From an uncultured virus (IMG/VR IMGVR_UViG_3300042385_000739) (taxonomy: Duplodnaviria; Heunggongvirae; Uroviricota; Caudoviricetes): a DNA stretch of 20,000 nucleotides. Shown here piece after piece: positions 8,098-16,855 of the stretch. The notes beneath the pieces were generated by a model, which worked only from the letters and a program-made list of their open reading frames with translations, did no database searches and was not told the origin of the DNA. The position numbers and the translations under genes are program-made. The DNA is taken from positions 56,917 through 76,916 of IMG/VR virus record IMGVR_UViG_3300042385_000739. One strand, written 5' to 3'. Position 1 is the first letter of the stretch, and every line of letters starts with the position of its first letter.

Positions 8098-11000
8098 TTA
8101 AATTGTTCTAACCTGTGTAGTCCAAACTGTAGCATTTGTACTTGCTGGCGTTGCTTGTAGGTTAACATAATAATTGCTACCCGAGTTGCTCATATTAACA
8201 GCTAAAGTTCCTGTGCTTGCACCAATACGGACAGTTCCGTAAGTAACATAATCAACATTTGATCCGTCTGTAACTGCTAACACTGTTGCTACACTATATT
8301 TTGCGTTAGATACAGTATCATGTCCTTTAACTAAGAACTCAAAACCAGTAGCAGTTGATCCAGTTACTTCAAATGATGCAATAGTTTGATTAGCAGTAAT
8401 CGCAGTAGTAGTAACCGTATTTGCAGTAACAGTTGTATTACCAATATCTACGGTATTAGCTTCAAATACTGCCGCTGTTAATGTACCGGTAGTTGAAAGA
8501 TTACCAACTGAAACATTACCTGTTATATTTGCTGTACCGGTTACATCAAGTTGAGTACCACTAAATGTTAAGTTAGCACTTTGTTGTAAGTTGCCATTAG
8601 TATCAGTGTATATAATACTGTTAGATTGTGTTAAGGTAGTAACAGTTGCAGTATTTGTCGTTAATTTACCACTGAAGTTAGCAACATTACCATTAATCTC
8701 TTGAGATACATTTACGTAATTAGCTGTAGCTAAATTACCTAAATTAGCATTTAATGATGTTAAATTACCACTGAAGTTAGCAACATTGCCATTAATCTCT
8801 TGGGATACGTTTACGTAATTAGCTGTAGCTAAATTACCGAAATTAGCATTTAATGATGTTAAATTACCACTGAAGTTAGCAACATTGCCATTAAGTTGTT
8901 GTGATACATTTACGTAATTAGCTGTAGCCAAGTTACCTAAATTAGCATTTAATGTTGTTAAATTGCCACTGAAGTTAGCAACATTACCATTAATCTCTTG
9001 GGATACATTTACATAATTAGCCGTAGCCAGGTTACCTAAATTAGCATTTAATGATGTTAAATTACCACTGAAGTTAGCAACATTGCCATTAAGTTGTTGT
9101 GATACATTTACGTAATTAGCCGTAGCCAAGTTACCTAAATTAACTGCACCGGCTCCAGGGAATAGTGTATTACCGTTATTAGCAAATGTCCAAGTGTCAG
9201 AAATTGAACCACCTGTACCAACTTGTACTGTTACGTTACCACCACGATTTTGGAATATGTCTGTTTGACTTGTACCTAATGTGATACCTGAACCAGCAAA
9301 TGTTCCACCTTGAATTTGTGAAGCACCACCTAATGTTATGGCACCACTTGGGGCAAATTGTGTTGCATTGCCAGCTGAGTAGATTGCTACGATACCAGAA
9401 CCAACTCCCATACTAATTGATGTATTAGCCGTAGTATTGTAAATATCTGGAAGTTGAACATTGCCACTAAAGTTTGCTGTATTACCTGATAGTGCTAAGT
9501 TAACTGTTAAGTTATTTGTTATTAAATTACCACTTATATTTGCAGTAGAAGCAACTAAATTACCAGAGAACGTATTTGCAGAAACTACATTAGCACCAGT
9601 GATGTTACCACCAGAACCAGTTGTACTGATATTACCAAAAGTACCGTTGCCAGTAGCAACAACTTCACCACTAGTATTAATATTACCACCAGTTATATTA
9701 CCGGTTGCAATGATTAGACCTCCGGTACCTAAATTACCAACGTTAGCATTACCAGTTACACCTAGTGTTAGGTTAGCTGTTAATGTGTTTGCAGTTAAAG
9801 TACCTGTTAGTGATAGTGAATTACCGGTTGCAGCACCAATGTTTGGTGTTGTAAGATTTGCGCTATCTTTAACAACGACATTTCCACCTACAATAGCAGT
9901 TGTGTTATTGTCAGTATTAACACTGAATACAGAACCAGTTAATGTTAAACCTGCACCAGCAGTATATGTACCAGCACCAGAGAACTGTACCCAATCAACC
10001 GGCGATGTACCAACAGTAGTTACTACATCAATCATTACCCAACCGGTGTTATCGTATAGTGTACCTGCAGTAACGAATGTAAAGTCACCACCTGCCATTT
10101 CAGCCGGAGTATTAAAGTCTGCTGAACGAGTCAATACTGTACTACTTGTACGGTCATATATACCGTTATGTGCAGTATTAGCTTCGTTCTTAACAAGAAT
10201 ACGCATTCCATTTGACAATGTAACACCGTCAATAGTTGTGTATGTTCCTGTTGTTGTCAATGTTGCACCAACACCATCAGTACCATTATTATATGTAACA
10301 GTACCACCTGAAATTGTTGCTAGTGTTGTAGTTGTGGCTGCATTACAGCTATCGTGCGTATGTAAGCCTTGTGCAACGTCATCAACATATTGTTTTGTTG
10401 CCGCATCAGTAGATGCAGTTGGGGTTGCCAAACTTGTAATACGTTTACTTGATACATCAACTGTACCATTTCCAGTTGGTGTTAATACAACTGAGTTATC
10501 ACCTGTAGCCGCTGATAATACTAAGTTAGCAAAGTTAGAAGTTAATGAAGTGGAAATCAATGCTGAGGTTGTAATATTACCTGTAACATTTATCAAGCCA
10601 CCTGCAAATATATTACCAGAAACTCCAACTCCACCATTAGCAACTAACGCACCTGTACTAGTAGACGTTGTGGCTATTGTTGTATTACTGATTGTTACTA
10701 AGGTAAAGTTATTAGCACGATTAAGGAATGTAAATGCATCTGCTTCACTGGCTATACTATTTGATGCAGCCGATAATAAGATTTTTGCACTATTACCTGT
10801 TGCTCCTGCAAATAGACTTAGTTGACCAGAAGTATTATTATATCCCCCTCTGATTTCTAATGTACTGTTACTTAAATTTACTATTTCATTTTGATATAGA
10901 CTACCTAATGCTATATTACCTGTTAGATTTAATGTAGAGAATGCATTGATAGCACCAGTAACTGATAATAAGTTACCAACGTTCAATGTGTTTGCAATAT

Positions 11001-12105
11001 TAGCAATATTAGAACCGGATACAAAAGTAAATCCATTACTTGAGTTAGCATTCCCGCCATCATTAATAACTACACCGGTAGTTGGTCCAGGAATAGTAAT
11101 ATTACCAGAAATGTTACCAGTTATGTTACCATTAATGTTTGCACCGTTGATGTTGCCGGTTGCATTAATGTTACCTGTTATATCAATACCACTTATTGAA
11201 ACTACTACAACGTTAGCTACTGCAACGTTACCATTAGCAGTATTAGCAATGTTAAAAGTTACATTACCGTTTGAATATGTTTGTACAGTTGTATTACCAT
11301 TAGTTAGCTTATCAGCAGAAGTTGCCACAACACCTGTTATGTTTGCACCATTACCACTAATATAGTTAGCACTGATGTTGCCAGTAATATTAGCATTACC
11401 GGTTATCGACATATTATTAGCACTAATATTGCTATTAGATTCTATGTTTGTAGTAAACTTTACTATACCAGTACCGTTTGGTGTCAACGTGATGTTTGCA
11501 TTAGCGGTACTACCTATTGTGCTATCATTAAATGTTAGATTACCAATGCTAGTGCCACTAGGCAAATTTGTTACACCAGTTAATCCTATATAACGATAAC
11601 CTACGATGTATAGTACCTTACCTGCCGTTAACGCTGCCGGTATAGTTTCACCAATGAAGTTTAGTACACCAGACTGATAGTTATAATAATATTGACCATT
11701 ACCACCTGAACCAGCGGCAAAGATTTGCGTACCAGTTGCTGTTGGGTTAGCTACTCCGGGATTATCAATCCAAACTTGAGCAGTATATGTTGCACCAAAT
11801 TCAGAAGGTATCCAATAAGTTAAACTAGTTAACCAAGTTGGGTATATACCACCGATCGGTACAGTAGTTGTATCTGCTGTACATTGTATTGCGCTTGCAC
11901 CTGTATAAGCTTGAACAATACCTGCAGTTGCGGCTGCGACACCTGGTATTTGATTAGCTTGTGTCCATAACGTGTCTCCACGTAATAGTAACGGACTAGG
12001 TATTGATTCATTACTAGGACTCTTATTAGTACTAGTATCGGTTTTAGTTACCCCGAACGCTTGTTTATATAATAAGTCAACGATTTGTGCTTGTGATACG
12101 GCCAT
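8098..12105 (-). CDS. Long fibre protein (1335 aa) with distinct N-terminal globular domain, COG5301-like domain and 33-aa repeats
   Basis: Starts 2 bp after the upstream stop; N-terminal ~175-aa aromatic-rich domain (VDLLYKQAFG...WIPSEFG...YYYNYQSGVLNF...GYRYIG); G/N/T-rich shaft; C-terminal domain related to those of the 317-, 486- and 1116-aa proteins. Confidence 0.88.
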   Translation of the reverse strand: MAVSQAQIVDLLYKQAFGVTKTDTSTNKSPSNESIPSPLLLRGDTLWTQANQIPGVAAATAGIVQAYTGASAIQCTADTTTVPIGGIYPTWLTSLTYWIPSEFGATYTAQVWIDNPGVANPTATGTQIFAAGSGGNGQYYYNYQSGVLNFIGETIPAALTAGKVLYIVGYRYIGLTGVTNLPSGTSIGNLTFNDSTIGSTANANITLTPNGTGIVKFTTNIESNSNISANNMSITGNANITGNISANYISGNGANITGVVATSADKLTNGNTTVQTYSNGNVTFNIANTANGNVAVANVVVVSISGIDITGNINATGNINGANINGNITGNISGNITIPGPTTGVVINDGGNANSSNGFTFVSGSNIANIANTLNVGNLLSVTGAINAFSTLNLTGNIALGSLYQNEIVNLSNSTLEIRGGYNNTSGQLSLFAGATGNSAKILLSAASNSIASEADAFTFLNRANNFTLVTISNTTIATTSTSTGALVANGGVGVSGNIFAGGLINVTGNITTSALISTSLTSNFANLVLSAATGDNSVVLTPTGNGTVDVSSKRITSLATPTASTDAATKQYVDDVAQGLHTHDSCNAATTTTLATISGGTVTYNNGTDGVGATLTTTGTYTTIDGVTLSNGMRILVKNEANTAHNGIYDRTSSTVLTRSADFNTPAEMAGGDFTFVTAGTLYDNTGWVMIDVVTTVGTSPVDWVQFSGAGTYTAGAGLTLTGSVFSVNTDNNTTAIVGGNVVVKDSANLTTPNIGAATGNSLSLTGTLTANTLTANLTLGVTGNANVGNLGTGGLIIATGNITGGNINTSGEVVATGNGTFGNISTTGSGGNITGANVVSANTFSGNLVASTANISGNLITNNLTVNLALSGNTANFSGNVQLPDIYNTTANTSISMGVGSGIVAIYSAGNATQFAPSGAITLGGASQIQGGTFAGSGITLGTSQTDIFQNRGGNVTVQVGTGGSISDTWTFANNGNTLFPGAGAVNLGNLATANYVNVSQQLNGNVANFSGNLTSLNANLGNLATANYVNVSQEINGNVANFSGNLTTLNANLGNLATANYVNVSQQLNGNVANFSGNLTSLNANFGNLATANYVNVSQEINGNVANFSGNLTSLNANLGNLATANYVNVSQEINGNVANFSGKLTTNTATVTTLTQSNSIIYTDTNGNLQQSANLTFSGTQLDVTGTANITGNVSVGNLSTTGTLTAAVFEANTVDIGNTTVTANTVTTTAITANQTIASFEVTGSTATGFEFLVKGHDTVSNAKYSVATVLAVTDGSNVDYVTYGTVRIGASTGTLAVNMSNSGSNYYVNLQATPASTNATVWTTQVRTI
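8660..9141 (-). repeat. 99-bp (33-aa) coding tandem repeat, ~5 copies
   Basis: Unit NLGNLATANYVNVSQ(QL/EI)NGNVANFSGNLTSLNA, near-identical at DNA level; variant order QL-EI-QL-EI-EI. Confidence 0.95.
9919..10440 (-). repeat. 522-bp dispersed direct repeat, copy 1 (COG5301-like cassette)
   Basis: Matches 4943..5464 at an offset of 4976 bp. Confidence 0.95.
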
Positions 12106-12107
12106 GA

Positions 12108-15100
12108 TTAGTTACTCGCAGTTTGTAATGATAATGCAGTCACCGATTGACCGCTTGTTAATGCTATACGGATATAAATTTCGTTATCTGGTGTACTTGA
12201 ACTACTTACAGTACCAAATGTTGCAGTAACAGATTTATTAGTTTGTGCCGAATTTAATGGTGCAACACCACCTAACGATGCTCCATTGCTTCCATTTCCA
12301 CCTGTTCCTGCACCTGGTTGACCTGCACCTGCATACGCTATGCTCATATCTAACCAACCATTTAATGTAGAAGAAGTATCAATAGCACTACCCGGTAATG
12401 CTACCCATAAACCAGCAATTGTGCCTGACCATTTAATATCAAATTTAGATACAGATGTACGTACAATCTTAATTGTAAAATACTGTGTTCCAGTACGTCC
12501 TGAACTTAAGTCAGGGCCAACTGGTAAATAACCAGTACTATAGTTTGTTTGATCATGTTTTAATGTGTTTGCAACAACAGTTGAATCATATGTTTGTAAT
12601 GTACCTGACTGGCTATTGAAGGCTGCTTCACTGCCAGTGTATGCAGGAGTATTTCCTGATCCTGGGTTGACAATCCTAAATGCCAATCCTGATCCACTAC
12701 CAATAGTTGAACCAACAAAAACGTTTGCTTCTTCGATAACAGAAGCAGAACTAGTTGTACCTGTTTTATACAATACATTTGCCGCCAACGTTGAAGTAAA
12801 TGCTTGTGTATTAGAGTTATAACTATTATTAGATGCTAGTGAAGGACCTGTACTGCTTGCGCCAAAACCTGATATAATAGTTGATGTAGTTGATATAGAA
12901 GCATTACCTGAACTTACATATAAATTCTGTGCTAACGGTGTTGTAACACCGGCTGCCGCATATGTAACACTTGCAGGAGCAGCAAATGCACCACCTGCAG
13001 TACCTGTAACAAAACTATCACTTGTTGGGTACATATTACCGCTTAACTTATTAACATTAGCAGTCAATGTAAACTGATTGGTGTTATTGTAATGCGGTAC
13101 TGTACTTGAATAAGTATAACTTGGTGAGACAGGAGCAGATATAGTTAATGAGCTAAATGCTGGTGTACCCGGTGCACTTGAATCATAGAACCAACTAGTA
13201 GTATTTGTATTAGTTGTGGCACTATCAGCAATATAAACTTCGTTCCAACCTTCTGTTACAGTACCTGCAACTCTAGATGAGAATACTGACCAAAAGCCAG
13301 CGGCAATATTTGCGTTTGCAACATTGTAGTCATAATTATTAAAAATTACTAAATTACTGTATGTACCGTTTCCATCAAGCGCAGTTGTTAATGTTCTGCT
13401 CCCTGCATTGCTACCATTTAAGAATGCAGTAATAGTACCAGTATCTCCTGGACCTGCTATAGTAATATTACCAGTTGTGTATGAACTTGCTCTACGTGCA
13501 GATGTGACAGTTGTACCACCTGCTACTGATTTATTAGCACCAGGTGTGTTGTCAGTTTGAACATAATTTGCCATACGGTATGTTGACAAGGTTTGAACAC
13601 TAATTGACTGACTTGCAGGGAAATTAGGGGGAGCAGGAGGAACTAGTTTTCCTAATACTGTGTTTAGTTGAGCAATTGCGTTAGATACCGATGAATCAGT
13701 TGTTAATGTTACTGCATTACTAATCAAGTTACCTTGTGTTGGTGAACCCATTGCAATAGCAGTTGCACCACCGGACGTATTTGCAATTACAACTACACCG
13801 GTACCGTTTGGATCTAATACTAAATTAGAGTTACTTTCTGTAGTAATGTTACCATCTGCTACAGTTAATATATTTTGTATTACTGTTCCTGTATCAGAAA
13901 CATTCATTATATTTGCAACACCATTTGCGGCAAATATGATAGGACCATTAGCAGTTGGAATAGTTACATTACTTGTACCATTAGCAAGTTCACTTGATGA
14001 TGCGGCTGAAACTCCAGTTAACTGACTACCATTACCAATAAAGTAAGAAGCACTAACATTACCGGTTACATTTGCATAGCCCGTAATATTTGCACCAAGT
14101 TGAGTAACTACCAAAGTAGTATTGCCGTTAGCTACAAGATTAACATTACCATTTGCTGTTGGGATACTTACATTAGAAGTACCATTAGCTACACCTGAAG
14201 AATCAATTGATGCCCAAGTTAAATTACCAGAACCATTTGTTTGTAAATAGTACCCGTTAGAACCACCGGTAATTGTAACATTACCAACGTTACCTAAATT
14301 ACTAGTACCAGTAACTATTAAATTACCTACATTTGCTACATTTGAAATGTTTGCACTACCGGTAACAGTTAATAATTGAGTACCGTCATTGAACGCAAAG
14401 TTTGCACTAGCACCAAAATTATTGTTACCATCATTAAACTGAATCTGAGTATTAGCACCGGCTGCTTCTTGTAAATCCCAAGGTTGACCATTTGCATATA
14501 ATAAATTATTTGTTCTTAGGTTACCAACATTTGCTGTATCAGTTACAAACACATTGCTTGCTACATTTACAAAGTTTGCTGTAGCTAGATTACCTAAATT
14601 AGCATTATTAAACTGAGAGTTACCAATAACAGTTAATAGTTGAGTACTATCATTGTATGTTATATTAGCAGAATTAGTTAATACACCACCAGTACCGGCA
14701 AATGTTACATATGTATTTGTTAATGCATTAGATTGTAAGTTGGCAGCAATAACATTACCACTAAAATTAGCAGTATTACCTGATAGTTCTAAGTTAACTG
14801 TAACATTTGGAGCAATAACGTTGCCACTGAAATTTGCTGTGTTTCCTGATAGTGCTAAGTTAACTGTCACATTCGGAGCTATTACATTACCACTAAAATT
14901 AGCAGTATTACCCGATAATTCTAAATTAACTGTTACATTCGGAGCTATTACATTACCACTAAAGTTTGCCGCATTACCGGTTAAAGTTAAACCAATATTT
15001 GCATTGCCGGTTACTTCTAATGAAGATAGATATGTTATATTAGATAGTGATAGACCGCCCGCATTCGCTGAAATAGATTGATCACCAATAATAATTGTAC

Positions 15101-15764
15101 TACCACTTAAATACAAATCTTTCCAACGGTTGGTCGTGTTACCCAAATTATATGTTACATTTGCACTAGGTATTAGATTTCCAGTTACATTACCGGAAAT
15201 TTGTAAATTACCAATATTTGCTAACCCTAATGTGTTTAAGTTAGCACCATCAATATTACCATCTGCATTAATATTAAAATTGGCTTCAATGTTCGCATTA
15301 ACATTTAATATATTGGCTAAGTTTGTAATACCATCAACATTTAAACTAGTTAAGTTACCAACTGAAGTTATGTTTGATTGTGCATTAGTTGTTAATGTAC
15401 CAGTAAAGAAGTTAGCAATTGCTAGATTACCCAAATTAGCATTATTGGCTAAGACATTACCAACAATAGTCAATAAACTTGTTGCAGGGTCAAACGTAAA
15501 GTTTGAACTGGCTGCAAAGTTATTACCTTCATTATACTGAATCTGATTATTAGCACCGGCAGCTTCTTGTAAATCCCAAGGTTGACCATTTGCATATAAT
15601 AAATTATTTGTTCGTAAATTACCAACGTTAGCGGTATCTGTAACGAAAAGATTAGCTGATAAATTAGCATTACTTGTGGTAATGTCACCGTTCGCTAAAA
15701 TAACGTTTGCGGCATTTTCTCCTACTGAGAATCCACCAACTGAGTTAAATGCTTTAATTGCCAT
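12108..15764 (-). CDS. Long fibre protein (1218 aa) with ~530-aa C-terminal globular region
   Basis: AAGGA RBS; N-terminus MAIKAFNSVGGFSVG; duplicated VTDTANVGNLRTNNLLYANGQPWDLQEAAGAN module; IPSANVTYNLGNTTNRWKDLYL fibre motif; from ~13705 a short helix (AIAQLNTVLGKL) plus PPAPP linker leads into a beta-rich non-repetitive region. Confidence 0.88.
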   Translation of the reverse strand: MAIKAFNSVGGFSVGENAANVILANGDITTSNANLSANLFVTDTANVGNLRTNNLLYANGQPWDLQEAAGANNQIQYNEGNNFAASSNFTFDPATSLLTIVGNVLANNANLGNLAIANFFTGTLTTNAQSNITSVGNLTSLNVDGITNLANILNVNANIEANFNINADGNIDGANLNTLGLANIGNLQISGNVTGNLIPSANVTYNLGNTTNRWKDLYLSGSTIIIGDQSISANAGGLSLSNITYLSSLEVTGNANIGLTLTGNAANFSGNVIAPNVTVNLELSGNTANFSGNVIAPNVTVNLALSGNTANFSGNVIAPNVTVNLELSGNTANFSGNVIAANLQSNALTNTYVTFAGTGGVLTNSANITYNDSTQLLTVIGNSQFNNANLGNLATANFVNVASNVFVTDTANVGNLRTNNLLYANGQPWDLQEAAGANTQIQFNDGNNNFGASANFAFNDGTQLLTVTGSANISNVANVGNLIVTGTSNLGNVGNVTITGGSNGYYLQTNGSGNLTWASIDSSGVANGTSNVSIPTANGNVNLVANGNTTLVVTQLGANITGYANVTGNVSASYFIGNGSQLTGVSAASSSELANGTSNVTIPTANGPIIFAANGVANIMNVSDTGTVIQNILTVADGNITTESNSNLVLDPNGTGVVVIANTSGGATAIAMGSPTQGNLISNAVTLTTDSSVSNAIAQLNTVLGKLVPPAPPNFPASQSISVQTLSTYRMANYVQTDNTPGANKSVAGGTTVTSARRASSYTTGNITIAGPGDTGTITAFLNGSNAGSRTLTTALDGNGTYSNLVIFNNYDYNVANANIAAGFWSVFSSRVAGTVTEGWNEVYIADSATTNTNTTSWFYDSSAPGTPAFSSLTISAPVSPSYTYSSTVPHYNNTNQFTLTANVNKLSGNMYPTSDSFVTGTAGGAFAAPASVTYAAAGVTTPLAQNLYVSSGNASISTTSTIISGFGASSTGPSLASNNSYNSNTQAFTSTLAANVLYKTGTTSSASVIEEANVFVGSTIGSGSGLAFRIVNPGSGNTPAYTGSEAAFNSQSGTLQTYDSTVVANTLKHDQTNYSTGYLPVGPDLSSGRTGTQYFTIKIVRTSVSKFDIKWSGTIAGLWVALPGSAIDTSSTLNGWLDMSIAYAGAGQPGAGTGGNGSNGASLGGVAPLNSAQTNKSVTATFGTVSSSSTPDNEIYIRIALTSGQSVTALSLQTASN
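14745..14978 (-). repeat. 66-bp (22-aa) coding tandem repeat, ~3.5 copies
   Basis: Unit GNTANFSGNVIAPNVTVNL(E/A)LS. Confidence 0.93.
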
Positions 15765-15785
15765 AATGTTGTCCTTGTCTTTATG

Positions 15786-15792
15786 TATTTAT
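15786..15792 (-). promoter_or_regulatory. T4-late-type promoter box (CATAAATA)
   Basis: ATAAATA in the 45-bp gap, 21 nt upstream of the ATG at 15764, with an AAGGA RBS in between. Confidence 0.7.
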
Positions 15793-15809
15793 GTTAAATT
15801 TGTATATAG

Positions 15810-16763
15810 TTAGTTTGCATATTGTACAATCATCATATTATATTTTATAGGATTACTGTAATCCGGAGTCACTACTAACTGAACTGAATCTGGGCTTCCC
15901 GCCTGATATATTACTGAAAAACTACCCACACCACCATTGATGTATAGTCCTGAATATTCGTTAAATACTACCTCTGTACCCAAAATAGCGGCTGCTATTT
16001 TTGCTGTTTGTCTGGTGTTACTTGTCTCATCGGTTGATATTATAGTGAAATCAATTGCTGATAAATTAGCTAAAGAAGTTGACCATAATACTTGATTTGG
16101 ATCTGCTGTTGCAGTGGTAGCAAAATATACTGATGAGTGATAAAACTCATATATTCCAATACCCATTTGAAAAGTATTTGCTATTAAATTTTCATTAATT
16201 GTTACATTATTACTGCTGATGTTTCCTGCAACATCCATACCAGCATTACTAATTACTAATACATTATCTGTACCGTTAACTCCGGCAGTAATATTACCAT
16301 TAAATGTAGCAATGCTTACATTACTATTACCATTACTAATTGCTGATCCGGTACCAGGAGGTGACCATTGAATTATACCATTGCCATCAGTGGTTAGTAA
16401 ATAACCAGATCCGCCACCAGTAATAGTGATATTGGAGATTGGTCCTAAATTACTTAACCCGTTTACATTAATACTTGGTACTGTAAGTAAATTAGTTACA
16501 TCATCAAATGTTAAATTTCCACTACCGTTAAACGTCCCGTTTCCGTTGAATTGTATACTATTATTAGGACCATAGGGATTTCCGCCCGCATTAAAAGGCA
16601 TTCCATTGGCATAATAATAATTGGCGGCATATACGTTTGCGGCTGTAACATTGCCAGAGGTAACTAATACATTGGTAATTACATTGCCATTGGCATCAAT
16701 TACTGGTACAGGCGGTATACCTACTGAGTACCCACCCAACGAATTAAATGCTTCTGCTGCCAT
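15810..16763 (-). CDS. Short fibre segment protein (317 aa), first gene of the cluster
   Basis: AGGA RBS; N-terminus MAAEAFNSLGGYSVG; shared YANG...NSIQFN and SNLGP..NITITGG..GYLLTTDGNG...W modules; C-terminal domain divergently related to those of the 1335-, 486- and 1116-aa proteins. Confidence 0.85.
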   Translation of the reverse strand: MAAEAFNSLGGYSVGIPPVPVIDANGNVITNVLVTSGNVTAANVYAANYYYANGMPFNAGGNPYGPNNSIQFNGNGTFNGSGNLTFDDVTNLLTVPSINVNGLSNLGPISNITITGGGSGYLLTTDGNGIIQWSPPGTGSAISNGNSNVSIATFNGNITAGVNGTDNVLVISNAGMDVAGNISSNNVTINENLIANTFQMGIGIYEFYHSSVYFATTATADPNQVLWSTSLANLSAIDFTIISTDETSNTRQTAKIAAAILGTEVVFNEYSGLYINGGVGSFSVIYQAGSPDSVQLVVTPDYSNPIKYNMMIVQYAN

Positions 16764-16786
16764 GTAATATCCTGATAATTATATTA

Positions 16787-16793
16787 TATTTAT
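16787..16793 (-). promoter_or_regulatory. T4-late-type promoter box (GATAAATA) heading the fibre cluster
   Basis: ATAAATA 23 nt upstream of the ATG at 16763. Confidence 0.7.
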
Positions 16794-16844
16794 CTTTTTT
16801 TGCTTCTGTATGCTTACAAAAAAAACACCCTGGAGATCTTTTTT

Positions 16845-16851
16845 CTAAATA
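16845..16851 (+). promoter_or_regulatory. Divergent late-type promoter box variant (CTAAATA)
   Basis: CTAAATA-TGAT-ATG directly before the ATG at 16856, with no SD sequence between box and start. Confidence 0.5.
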
Positions 16852-16855
16852 TGAT

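Noticed and set aside
8660..9141. Tandem repeats as a CRISPR array
   Set aside because: Contiguous in-frame coding repeats without unique spacers; no cas genes.
4943..10440. Repeat pair as a diversity-generating retroelement TR/VR
   Set aside because: Both copies are internal coding domains, differences are not obviously adenine-restricted, and there is no reverse transcriptase in the window.
1161..15540. Many plus-strand ORFs up to 454 aa (e.g. 9461..10825, 6944..7438, 4935..5396)
   Set aside because: Antisense shadows of the codon-biased fibre genes (V/L/P/A-rich mirror translations); no RBS, promoter or recognisable domain noticed.
15765..15809. In-frame 45-bp gap between the 317- and 1218-aa genes as a read-through site
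   Set aside because: It contains a second in-frame TAA plus a promoter box and RBS.
16748..16855. ORF-track 5' extensions of the plus-strand Zn-finger gene (16748) and the HNH gene (18071..18094)
   Set aside because: The extensions run across promoter boxes and low-complexity intergenic DNA; the downstream ATGs fit better.
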